This document shows, piece after piece, positions 29,760 to 37,674 of a DNA stretch of 48,532 nucleotides. The DNA is from a virus (lineage: Duplodnaviria; Caudoviricetes). How positions within the stretch are numbered: position 1 is the stretch's first letter; each line of letters opens with the position of its first letter. The position numbers and the translations under genes are program-made. The notes under the pieces are model-generated. The model saw only the letters and a program-made list of their open reading frames with translations. It did not search any database and was not told where the DNA came from. Where the stretch lies: positions 1 through 48,532 of IMG/VR virus record IMGVR_UViG_3300020045_008535. One strand, given 5' to 3'.

Positions 29760-29921
29760 ATGAAAAAAAACATATTTATAGTTGGCCTATTAGTAACATT
29801 ATTTTTTATTATTGTTTTTTGTTTTACTCAACACCAAACAATATTATTACTTGAGGGCAAAGTAAAAAACGATTCAATATCAATACAATCATATAAAGGA
29901 TTCATAAACCCAAACCAATAA
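29760..29921 (+). CDS. 53 aa single-TM protein
   Basis: MKKNIFIVGLLVTLFFIIVFCF; packed in the operon. Confidence 0.6.
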   Translation: MKKNIFIVGLLVTLFFIIVFCFTQHQTILLLEGKVKNDSISIQSYKGFINPNQ

Positions 29922-29923
29922 AA

Positions 29924-30079
29924 ATGGCAACAACAAAGGAAAAAAAGACAAGGAATGAAATAAGAATAACCGATGTCCCTGACAAGTTATTTAAAAAAAT
30001 TAGTGATAATGCCGACAAAGCAAAGCGCTCAAATGGTGCTGAGGTATTGCTATTTTTAGAGTCAAAAAAATACAAATAA
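29924..30079 (+). CDS. Arc-like ribbon-helix-helix DNA-binding protein (51 aa)
   Basis: EIRITDVPDKLFKKISDNADKAKRSNGAEVLLFLE. Confidence 0.75.
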   Translation: MATTKEKKTRNEIRITDVPDKLFKKISDNADKAKRSNGAEVLLFLESKKYK

Positions 30080-30104
30080 CTAAATAATAAATAAAAAACA
30101 ACCT

Positions 30105-30518
30105 ATGGAACTAACAGGATTATTACACGTTGTGTACGATACGCAAAAAGTATCGGAGAAATACCAAAAAAGAGATGTGGTATTAAAAACAGATTTTGAC
30201 TCTCAATGGCCTCAATTTGTGAGTTTGCAATTCTCACAAGACAAATGCAACGCATTAAATGATTTTAGAGCGGGCGACTTTGTTAAAATTCAATTTAACG
30301 TAAAAGGGCGTGAATGGAATAGCCCTCAAGGCATTAAGTATTTTAATACTTTGGAGGCTTGGTCTATATCTTTAATCCCTAAACGTGACGGAGAAACAAC
30401 TACAACCGACACGAAAACACCTGCGGCACAACAAAACAACGCTAACGCAATGCAAGAGAATACGGCTGCGCCTGTTTTTAACTCAAGTATTAGCGATAAA
30501 GATGATTTACCTTTTTAA
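30105..30518 (+). CDS. ssb: single-stranded DNA-binding protein (DUF3127-like)
   Basis: FNVKGREW and YFNTLEAW; acidic DDLPF tail. Confidence 0.88.
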   Translation: MELTGLLHVVYDTQKVSEKYQKRDVVLKTDFDSQWPQFVSLQFSQDKCNALNDFRAGDFVKIQFNVKGREWNSPQGIKYFNTLEAWSISLIPKRDGETTTTDTKTPAAQQNNANAMQENTAAPVFNSSISDKDDLPF

Positions 30519-30530
30519 TTTATAAAAAAC

Positions 30531-31379
30531 ATGGAACAAAATAACAGTTTAATTCTCTTAAATGAGAACGTACCAACATTAACACAGTTGTTGTTGGTTA
30601 ATATGCCAGAGGGAACGACAGAGTTACAGGCAAAACGTAAGGCAATGCGTGAAATTATGAATATTGAAGCAATATTCTCTTTAAAACCTGAGTTGGCCGC
30701 TTGCGATCCAACAAGTATTTTATTAGCAGTTAAACAATGTGTTGGCGACAACCTTACATTGGCACCCTCTGCGGGCTTGGTTTACTTATACCCTCAAAAA
30801 GTACAGGTTGGGACTGATCCTGGCACCAATGCCAAAATTTACAAGCAAGTATTGGTTTATGACCCAACTGCCGAGGGTCGCATTTCAATTGCTCGTCAAT
30901 CGGGTTCTATTTTACACCATAAACGTCCTGAGTGTAAATTCGATTTTGAAGGAAAAGTTGAGTCGGTTAGTTTTGCTTATTTAGTACCAACTAAGGCGGG
31001 TAACTTTTGGGAAACTGTTACGTTTACAAACTCTGATTTCGAGAAATGGAAACAAAAATCAGCCGCTAAATTTGGAGGTAATGCCAATGGTAATTATACA
31101 AGTTGGAAAGGTGGTATTGACCCCGAGTTTGCAGGCAGTAAAGCAATACGCCATGCGCTTAAAAAATTGGGTACAAATAAAAATGAGGAACGCACATACC
31201 AACACCAAGAGTTTCAACATGTTTTTGCTGAGTTAAAAACATTTGATGCAAATTTACAACTTGATGTTCATAAGGCACAACCTGCATTACCTGAGGCGGT
31301 AGAAAAAACCGAAACAGTTCACAACGCTGTTGTTATTGAGAAACCGAAAGAATTAAGTATTAACCCTGATAATTTATAA
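30531..31379 (+). CDS. recT: RecT-like single-strand annealing protein
   Basis: LAACDPTSILLAV...NLTLAP..GLVYLYP; KAIRHALK. Confidence 0.75.
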   Translation: MEQNNSLILLNENVPTLTQLLLVNMPEGTTELQAKRKAMREIMNIEAIFSLKPELAACDPTSILLAVKQCVGDNLTLAPSAGLVYLYPQKVQVGTDPGTNAKIYKQVLVYDPTAEGRISIARQSGSILHHKRPECKFDFEGKVESVSFAYLVPTKAGNFWETVTFTNSDFEKWKQKSAAKFGGNANGNYTSWKGGIDPEFAGSKAIRHALKKLGTNKNEERTYQHQEFQHVFAELKTFDANLQLDVHKAQPALPEAVEKTETVHNAVVIEKPKELSINPDNL

Positions 31380-31383
31380 AAAA

Positions 31384-32523
31384 ATGAACACAAACGATAA
31401 ACAAAATTTGCCTGCTACAAATACGCCCGAGTTTGAGGCCTCGGTCGTAATAGCAGAAAAGCGCAATAATTGGGCTAATTTAGGCGAACGTACTCATAAC
31501 CTAGGTATTGAGTTAGTGAGTACGGCAAACAAGATAAAGGCAGGGTTAGCAATGCCCTCTGACACCTCTCAAATTAACGCAACAGAGGCTGCCTTAAAAA
31601 TCGCAAAACAGGAAACCGTTAAATTGATTGAAACCCGTAAGTCTGTAACCAATTTGGTTAATATAGCATTTTCAAAATTAATGGCACCTGAGAAAGATTT
31701 GTCAGATGTTTATATTCCAAGTATTGAGAAAAAACTAATTGAGTTAAAACGAGAGAAAAAAACAGCTGACGATCTTGAGCAAGCAAAAACGGATGAGAAA
31801 ACACGTTTAAAAACAGAGGCTATTAAATACATTAATGATTACGATTTATTATTCAAACAAGAGATTAATAAAAAAGTAACAGGCGCAATTGAGTATGCGC
31901 TAGGAATGGGAAACATTACAGCCGAGGGGTTGGATGAGTACCTTAAAACTGTACGCAATGTATTTAAGCCAATTCAATTTGTTACACCAATTCAAAAAGC
32001 TGTTTTAAAAAATGTAACGCCTGAAGAATTTTTGGCTATTTGGGAAGAGGTTAAGCCTCAAATAAAAGAGCCTATTTTTTATGTTGGTGCTGAGACAAGT
32101 TTGTTTGAAATGGAGGTTGCAAAAACTTTTGAGTTTTACGATGCAGCTTTATTAAATAAGGCCGCAGCATTAGAGCAATCAAAAAACGCAGCAGCAAAAA
32201 ACGATGAGGAATTAAAAAAACAAAACGCCTCATCAAATGTTGCTGCCTCAATGCAAGGCATGGCAACGGCAACGGCAACTGTTAAAAACGATACTAGGGC
32301 GTTAAAACAAAAATACGACTTGGACATGGTTTCAGATAAGGCAAATAGTTTATTAATTATGGCCTCATTTGGTGCCAACATTGACAAGACGGAACAATAC
32401 GTTAAAGCGGATTGGTTTAATTTATCAGTTAAGCAAATGGGCGCAGCGTTAGTTGCAATTAAAAATGCAGATAACAAAGTTGAGTTTACAGGTATTAAGT
32501 TTAAATTAATTGATAAATTATAG
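31384..32523 (+). CDS. coiled-coil protein in the recombination module
   Basis: Long helical ORF between RecT and the exonuclease. Confidence 0.7.
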   Translation: MNTNDKQNLPATNTPEFEASVVIAEKRNNWANLGERTHNLGIELVSTANKIKAGLAMPSDTSQINATEAALKIAKQETVKLIETRKSVTNLVNIAFSKLMAPEKDLSDVYIPSIEKKLIELKREKKTADDLEQAKTDEKTRLKTEAIKYINDYDLLFKQEINKKVTGAIEYALGMGNITAEGLDEYLKTVRNVFKPIQFVTPIQKAVLKNVTPEEFLAIWEEVKPQIKEPIFYVGAETSLFEMEVAKTFEFYDAALLNKAAALEQSKNAAAKNDEELKKQNASSNVAASMQGMATATATVKNDTRALKQKYDLDMVSDKANSLLIMASFGANIDKTEQYVKADWFNLSVKQMGAALVAIKNADNKVEFTGIKFKLIDKL

Positions 32524-32526
32524 GCC

Positions 32527-32805
32527 ATGCAAAAAGAGTTAATTAAAATTGATGAAAGAGCGGGATATCCAATGTACTGCCAAGCAAGTGCGGTGGATAA
32601 AAATAATGAGGTAATAATTGAGTTTGTTGTTGATGGCGACAAGACGGTTATTGTGCCAGGGCAACATGAAATTGCGTGCAGTTTTTTAAGGCTCTTAAAA
32701 ATTGATGTTTTGGAGGTGTTAGAGGAACGCACGGCAAGAGGACAGCACAATATCCAAAACCCTATTTATTATAAAGTTAGAGGCTTAGTTTTAAGTAAAA
32801 TGTAA
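32527..32805 (+). CDS. hypothetical protein
   Basis: Operon ORF. Confidence 0.65.
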   Translation: MQKELIKIDERAGYPMYCQASAVDKNNEVIIEFVVDGDKTVIVPGQHEIACSFLRLLKIDVLEVLEERTARGQHNIQNPIYYKVRGLVLSKM

Positions 32806-32807
32806 GT

Positions 32808-33407
32808 ATGATAACTTTTAATAATGTACGAGAATATAAAGATATACCCTTTGAGCAATACACACGGCTCAAAGGGTTTTCACACAGTTTTTTAAAATCA
32901 GAGATTAACGGTGTGCAACCTGAGTTTATAATGAATGACAAAATTCGTTTGGGTTCAATGGTTGATGCTTTTTTAACGCAACCTGAGGCGGTAGATTTTA
33001 AAAGCCCTTTATTTGAGCAAGCCCGAGCAATTGCAAGTGAGATAAAAAAACATTTTGCATTCGCATTGCCATTGCTTGAACCTCAATTAAGTTACACGGC
33101 TGATATGGTTTACCAAGGTTTAACGATGCCTGTTTGTGGCAGGTTGGATTGGTTGTTGAGAGGCCACGCCGATATTGATTTAAAGGTAACTAATGTTAAA
33201 ACAGATGCGCAATTTAAAGCGATCATCGACCACATGGGTTACAATAACCAACAATGGAATTACGCACGCATGGCGGGAGTTAAAAAGGCTTATATTTTAC
33301 CGTACTCAGTACCTTTAAAAAAGTGTTTGGGGTTGGTTGAGGTGCCTGTTGGTGATAGTAATGTTTTTTGGGTTGATAAAATTAAACGTTTTGGTTCCGT
33401 AATATGA
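32808..33407 (+). CDS. PD-(D/E)XK exonuclease (RecE/DUF3799-like)
   Basis: SHSFLK, LGSMVD, GRLDW...IDLKVT, Y..Q..NY. Confidence 0.82.
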   Translation: MITFNNVREYKDIPFEQYTRLKGFSHSFLKSEINGVQPEFIMNDKIRLGSMVDAFLTQPEAVDFKSPLFEQARAIASEIKKHFAFALPLLEPQLSYTADMVYQGLTMPVCGRLDWLLRGHADIDLKVTNVKTDAQFKAIIDHMGYNNQQWNYARMAGVKKAYILPYSVPLKKCLGLVEVPVGDSNVFWVDKIKRFGSVI

Positions 33408-34891
33408 TTGAGTTAAGACAATACCAAGTTAACGGCGTACAACTTGCGTCCGAGGGTTTCAGGCAACACAAGCGCCAAATATTTGTATTACCAACAGGAG
33501 GCGGGAAAACGGTTATATTTAGCGATATAGCATACAAGGCAGTCAACAAAGGAAAAACAGTATTGGTGTTAACAGACCGTGTTGAGTTATTTAAACAAGC
33601 AAGCACGGCGTTAGGACGAAATAATATACCTATTTGTAAAATAAATGCCGATAGTAAAATATTGCATAAGGATGCAAAACTTTTTGTTGGTATGGTTGAA
33701 ACTGTTGCAAGGCGGTTGGCTCAGTTACAAGATATTGTTTTTGATTTAATAATTATTGATGAGTGCCATAAAGGAAACTTCTTTAAAATTATTGATGCAT
33801 TTCCTGATTATAATGTTTTGGGTTTTACGGCAACACCAAAAAACAAACACTTGCATAAATATTACACCAATTTAATTGATGTAATTGGTATTGATAAACT
33901 AATTGAACAAGGGTATCTTGCGCCGTGTCACCCGTTCCAAATGGAGGACGATTTCTCGGACGTTAAGCTGCAAAAAAGCGGCGACGATTATAATGAGCAA
34001 CAATTATTTTTGCATTACAATAAATCGAAGCTTTACGCAGGAGTTGTTGAGGAATATTTGAAAAGATGCGCAGGAAGTAAAACGTTAGTATTTAATGTAA
34101 ATATTGAGCATAGCGATACAATGGCTCGTGCGTTTACTGCTGCGGGAATACCCTCTTTTTCAATTACCTCAAAAACAAAAGATTTTGATCGTGTAAAAAT
34201 ATTAGAGGGTTTTAGTCGTGGCGATTTCCCCGTACTCAATAACTGCGGTATATTAACAACGGGTTACGATGAGCCGTCAATTGAAACAATTATTGTAAAC
34301 AGAAAAACGGCCTCTTTGCCATTATGGTTACAAATGTGCGGGCGTGGCGGTAGGATTTACCCTGGCAAGCCTTATTTTACATTATTGGATTTTGGTAAAA
34401 ACCACGATGAACATGGCTTGTGGGATGAGCCTCGTGTATGGAAATTAGAGGAACCAAAAAAGAAACGTAAGGGCGGCATTGGTGCAGCACCATTAAAAAG
34501 TTGTAAGCAATGCAAGGCCGTCATCCCGTTAATGGCTGCCAAGTGCGTTTATTGTGGTTATGTGTACGACATGGCCGATATGGTTTTAAAAGAGGGTGTT
34601 TTAAAAGAGGTTAAAGCAATGCCACGCATACCCGAGCAATTAGTCGACAGGTTTATAGGCGATTTCAGTTTACAGGAGTTGAAAAACCTACAAGAGGCAA
34701 AGCAACACACGGCGCAACTTATATGGCGTGTTGTGCGCTCTAAAGGTGTGGAGGCCGTTAAAGAGTATGCAAAAATGATGGATTACAAATATGGTTGGAT
34801 TATGTCGCAAGTTGCCGATATTGAAAAGGCAAAAGAGGCTAATAAAAAGATTGAATTCACAAATTATAAAATAAAACAGGTTATTAAATAA
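33404..34891 (+). CDS. SF2 DEAH-type helicase (RadD/YejH-like) with zinc finger
   Basis: LPTGGGKT, DECH, TATP, QMCGRGGR, CKQC...CVYC. Confidence 0.93.
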   Translation: MIELRQYQVNGVQLASEGFRQHKRQIFVLPTGGGKTVIFSDIAYKAVNKGKTVLVLTDRVELFKQASTALGRNNIPICKINADSKILHKDAKLFVGMVETVARRLAQLQDIVFDLIIIDECHKGNFFKIIDAFPDYNVLGFTATPKNKHLHKYYTNLIDVIGIDKLIEQGYLAPCHPFQMEDDFSDVKLQKSGDDYNEQQLFLHYNKSKLYAGVVEEYLKRCAGSKTLVFNVNIEHSDTMARAFTAAGIPSFSITSKTKDFDRVKILEGFSRGDFPVLNNCGILTTGYDEPSIETIIVNRKTASLPLWLQMCGRGGRIYPGKPYFTLLDFGKNHDEHGLWDEPRVWKLEEPKKKRKGGIGAAPLKSCKQCKAVIPLMAAKCVYCGYVYDMADMVLKEGVLKEVKAMPRIPEQLVDRFIGDFSLQELKNLQEAKQHTAQLIWRVVRSKGVEAVKEYAKMMDYKYGWIMSQVADIEKAKEANKKIEFTNYKIKQVIK

Positions 34892-34927
34892 AATTATTCA
34901 CATTGATTTACAACACTTTACAAATAT

Positions 34928-35026
34928 TTGTGGATAATTGTGGCAATTTGTGGTGAATTAATTTGTGGGTAATGAAATAATATGTAATTTTACACCATAA
35001 ACATTAACAATTTAAAAACTTACCAC
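34928..35026 (+). promoter_or_regulatory. early promoter 2 (phased TTGTGG boxes, AAACTTACCAC leader)
   Basis: TTGTGG at 34928, 34938, 34948 and 34963. Confidence 0.75.
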
Positions 35027-35341
35027 ATGAACACAACAACTGAAACAAAAAAAATTACTCTTGCAACTATTAAAAGTTTTATTAAAAAAAACTCTGAAAC
35101 TCTTTTTGTTAAAATAGAAAGCGCATTTGATGGAATGGTTGATGGTGTTGAATTTGACAAAAATGCTCAATTTAAACTTGCAACAAAAACAGATAGTCAT
35201 GTTAGTTGTACATTAGGCGTTGAAGGTGTTTGGGTTGTTGGAGGCTCAAGAAATTATTTTAAAGTTTATGAGGATGATAAATTTTTAGGTTATGAGATTT
35301 ATAACTGTTGCGGATCAAGCTTAATTGCAGTAAAAAAATAG
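35027..35341 (+). CDS. hypothetical early protein
   Basis: TLATIKSFI, FDGMVD, YNCCGS. Confidence 0.8.
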   Translation: MNTTTETKKITLATIKSFIKKNSETLFVKIESAFDGMVDGVEFDKNAQFKLATKTDSHVSCTLGVEGVWVVGGSRNYFKVYEDDKFLGYEIYNCCGSSLIAVKK

Positions 35342-35424
35342 TTTAATTAAGGGTTAAATAACTCTTTGCCCCGCAACCGTAAATGGTGCGTGGTTTGGAG
35401 GTCAAAAACTAAAAAATATTCAAA

Positions 35425-35943
35425 ATGAAAAACATTCCAAACTTCAGCACATTTGCATTAACTAACAAAGACCAAAACGTTGTAAACGTTGTAACGGGTA
35501 AAGTTAAAAGTCCTAAAACTGGCACAAACAAATATCAATTGTTTGATGATAACAAAAAAAGCCATACGTTAACAATTGAGCAAATTAAAGGGTTAATTGC
35601 TGCCTCTGAAAACAAAACAAAAAAAACTGAGGTAGTTAAGCCCGCAGCAAAAGAAAAGGCTGTACAGGTTACAAAAACAACTAAAGCAGCCGTTAAAACT
35701 CCTGAGGGCGAAGAGAAAATATCTAAAAAAGACCAAATTTTGGCACTTTACAAAGATGGGAAAACTCCTGCCGAGATTGAAGAGGCAACAGGTATTAAAG
35801 CAAACACGGCATTTGTCGTAATTAAAATTCATAGAATTATGAGTTTACACGCCAAAGGAAAAACACCTGCCGAGATCGCAGAAAAAACAGGTTACAAGGT
35901 TGATTCAGTTAAATGGCAAATTGAGAAAAGCGGTGGAAGATAA
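35425..35943 (+). CDS. DNA-binding protein: NUMOD4-like N-terminus plus two tandem HTH repeats
   Basis: GKTPAEIEEATGIK and GKTPAEIAEKTGYK. Confidence 0.7.
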   Translation: MKNIPNFSTFALTNKDQNVVNVVTGKVKSPKTGTNKYQLFDDNKKSHTLTIEQIKGLIAASENKTKKTEVVKPAAKEKAVQVTKTTKAAVKTPEGEEKISKKDQILALYKDGKTPAEIEEATGIKANTAFVVIKIHRIMSLHAKGKTPAEIAEKTGYKVDSVKWQIEKSGGR

Positions 35944-36850
35944 AGACCTATTTGGAGACCCAATATTAAAGAATGTATTACTCCGTGAAAAATTTATGGA
36001 ACCGCCTTTTAGTATTTTAGATACTAAAGGCGGTGGGTGGCAAAACAGAAAACGCCAATGGAAAACATTAGGAATTCAATCAGAGATTGGCCGTAGTGGA
36101 AAACTCTTGGCGGGTGGCTCAGGTAACACCGAGGAACAAGACCAAAAAATGTCGGATAAATATGGCCGTAAAATAAAAAATGGATCAGGTATTTTTGACA
36201 ATGCAACAAGTATTTTTGATCCCGCACTCTGCGAATTGATGTACTATTGGTTTTGTCCCGATGGCGGTAAAATATTAGACCCTTTCTCGGGCGGCTCAGT
36301 AAGAGGCATTGTCGCCAATTACCTTGGTTTTAAATACTCAGGTGTTGACATTAGACAAGAGCAAATTGATAGCAACAGAGAACAAGCGTTGGCAATTTTG
36401 GAGGTAAATAACCAACCGCAATGGTATGTTGGTGACTCAAATGAGGTTTTAAAAGATTTTGAGCCAAATAGTTTTGAGATGGTTTTTAGTTGCCCACCTT
36501 ATGCAGATTTAGAGGTTTATAGTGACTTGCCTGGCGATATTAGTAATAAAAAATATCATGAGTTTGTTCAGATATACGCTGAGATTATTGAAAAGTCTTG
36601 CCGTTTATTGAAAAGCGGAGGTTATGCAATTTTCGTTGTTGGCGATGTACGTGATAAAAAAACAGGCTATTATTATGATTTTATAAGCGATACAAAAAAA
36701 GCTTTTATAAAAGCGGGTGTTGGTTTATATAATGAGGCTATTTTATTACAGCCGTTAGGTACTGCAATGCTAAGAGCAACAAAGATTTTTTCCTCAGGTG
36801 GCAAATTAATTAAAGTACATGAAAACATTTTAATATTCAAAAAACCATGA
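35933..36850 (+). CDS. amino-DNA-methyltransferase-fold enzyme (CPPY variant)
   Basis: ILDPFSGGS motif I, GVDIR, FSCPPY motif IV, HENILIF; GTG 35933 is the likely start. Confidence 0.85.
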   Translation: MEDKDLFGDPILKNVLLREKFMEPPFSILDTKGGGWQNRKRQWKTLGIQSEIGRSGKLLAGGSGNTEEQDQKMSDKYGRKIKNGSGIFDNATSIFDPALCELMYYWFCPDGGKILDPFSGGSVRGIVANYLGFKYSGVDIRQEQIDSNREQALAILEVNNQPQWYVGDSNEVLKDFEPNSFEMVFSCPPYADLEVYSDLPGDISNKKYHEFVQIYAEIIEKSCRLLKSGGYAIFVVGDVRDKKTGYYYDFISDTKKAFIKAGVGLYNEAILLQPLGTAMLRATKIFSSGGKLIKVHENILIFKKP

Positions 36851-37539
36851 CAAACATTGTTGTAAATGAGTATAAGGGGATAAAAGTTTTGCGTGATGAT
36901 TTACTTACTGGCGGAACAAAAAGCCAATTGTTAAAAGAGTTTGTAAATGATGATAAAAGGTATGTTTATGCGACTCCTGTTTACGGTGGATTTCAAATTG
37001 CTTTATCTGCAACAATTGGCAGCCGTGCCGTTATCTTTTGCGCAAAGCGTGCCGTTAAACACCCAAACACTTTATTGTGTATTGAGAACGGCGCAACAGT
37101 TATTGAGGTTGAACACGGTTATTTAAGTGTTGTTGAAAAAGCTGCAAAATTATATTGCGAGGCAAACAAAGATGCTGTTAAATTAGAGTTTGGAGCAAAA
37201 ACAGATTATTTTAAAACTATTTTAAAACATCGTGTTACCGAGGTAATAAAAACAATTGGTGGCGAACCATCTGAAATATGGTGTGCAATAGGAAGTGGAA
37301 TGTTAGTTGAATGTATTTTGGAGGCAACAAATAATTGTGAGGTTCACGGTGTACAAGTTGGCAAGGATTACAACAACGACAACAAGCGATTAACTATACA
37401 TAAATACCATAAAAAATTTGAGCAAAACAGTAATTTTTATGTTGAGTTTAATAGTACGCCTAACTATGATAGAAAAGCGTTAGAGTATTGTTTTAAATTC
37501 AAAAAGACTGACAATGTTCTTTTTTGGAACGTTATGTAA
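36847..37539 (+). CDS. fold-type-II PLP-dependent enzyme (ACC deaminase / Cys synthase-like)
   Basis: LRDDLLTGGTK (PLP Lys), IWCAIGSG phosphate loop, YDRKA, LFWNV. Confidence 0.8.
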   Translation: MTNIVVNEYKGIKVLRDDLLTGGTKSQLLKEFVNDDKRYVYATPVYGGFQIALSATIGSRAVIFCAKRAVKHPNTLLCIENGATVIEVEHGYLSVVEKAAKLYCEANKDAVKLEFGAKTDYFKTILKHRVTEVIKTIGGEPSEIWCAIGSGMLVECILEATNNCEVHGVQVGKDYNNDNKRLTIHKYHKKFEQNSNFYVEFNSTPNYDRKALEYCFKFKKTDNVLFWNVM

Positions 37540-37545
37540 TATTGC

Positions 37546-37663
37546 TATATTTGTTTAACACAGGTGCATTCTGTGAGGGGTTACTAAGGGAACTAAACGA
37601 AACACACATTTACCTTTTGGGTTAGTAGTCATGCACGGCGAACGCCCCAAAAGGTTTTTTATT
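37546..37663 (+). promoter_or_regulatory. promoter plus structured leader / attenuator upstream of primase
   Basis: TATATTTG 37546-53; stem ACCTTTTGGG/CCCAAAAGGT plus T tract; alternative pairings present. Confidence 0.6.
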
Positions 37664-37674
37664 TTCTAATATAT

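Noticed and set aside
36847-37539. Auxiliary metabolic gene (ACC deaminase or cysteine synthase)
   Set aside because: Much shorter than those enzymes and translationally coupled to a DNA MTase-fold gene; a DNA-related role seems more plausible, though unproven
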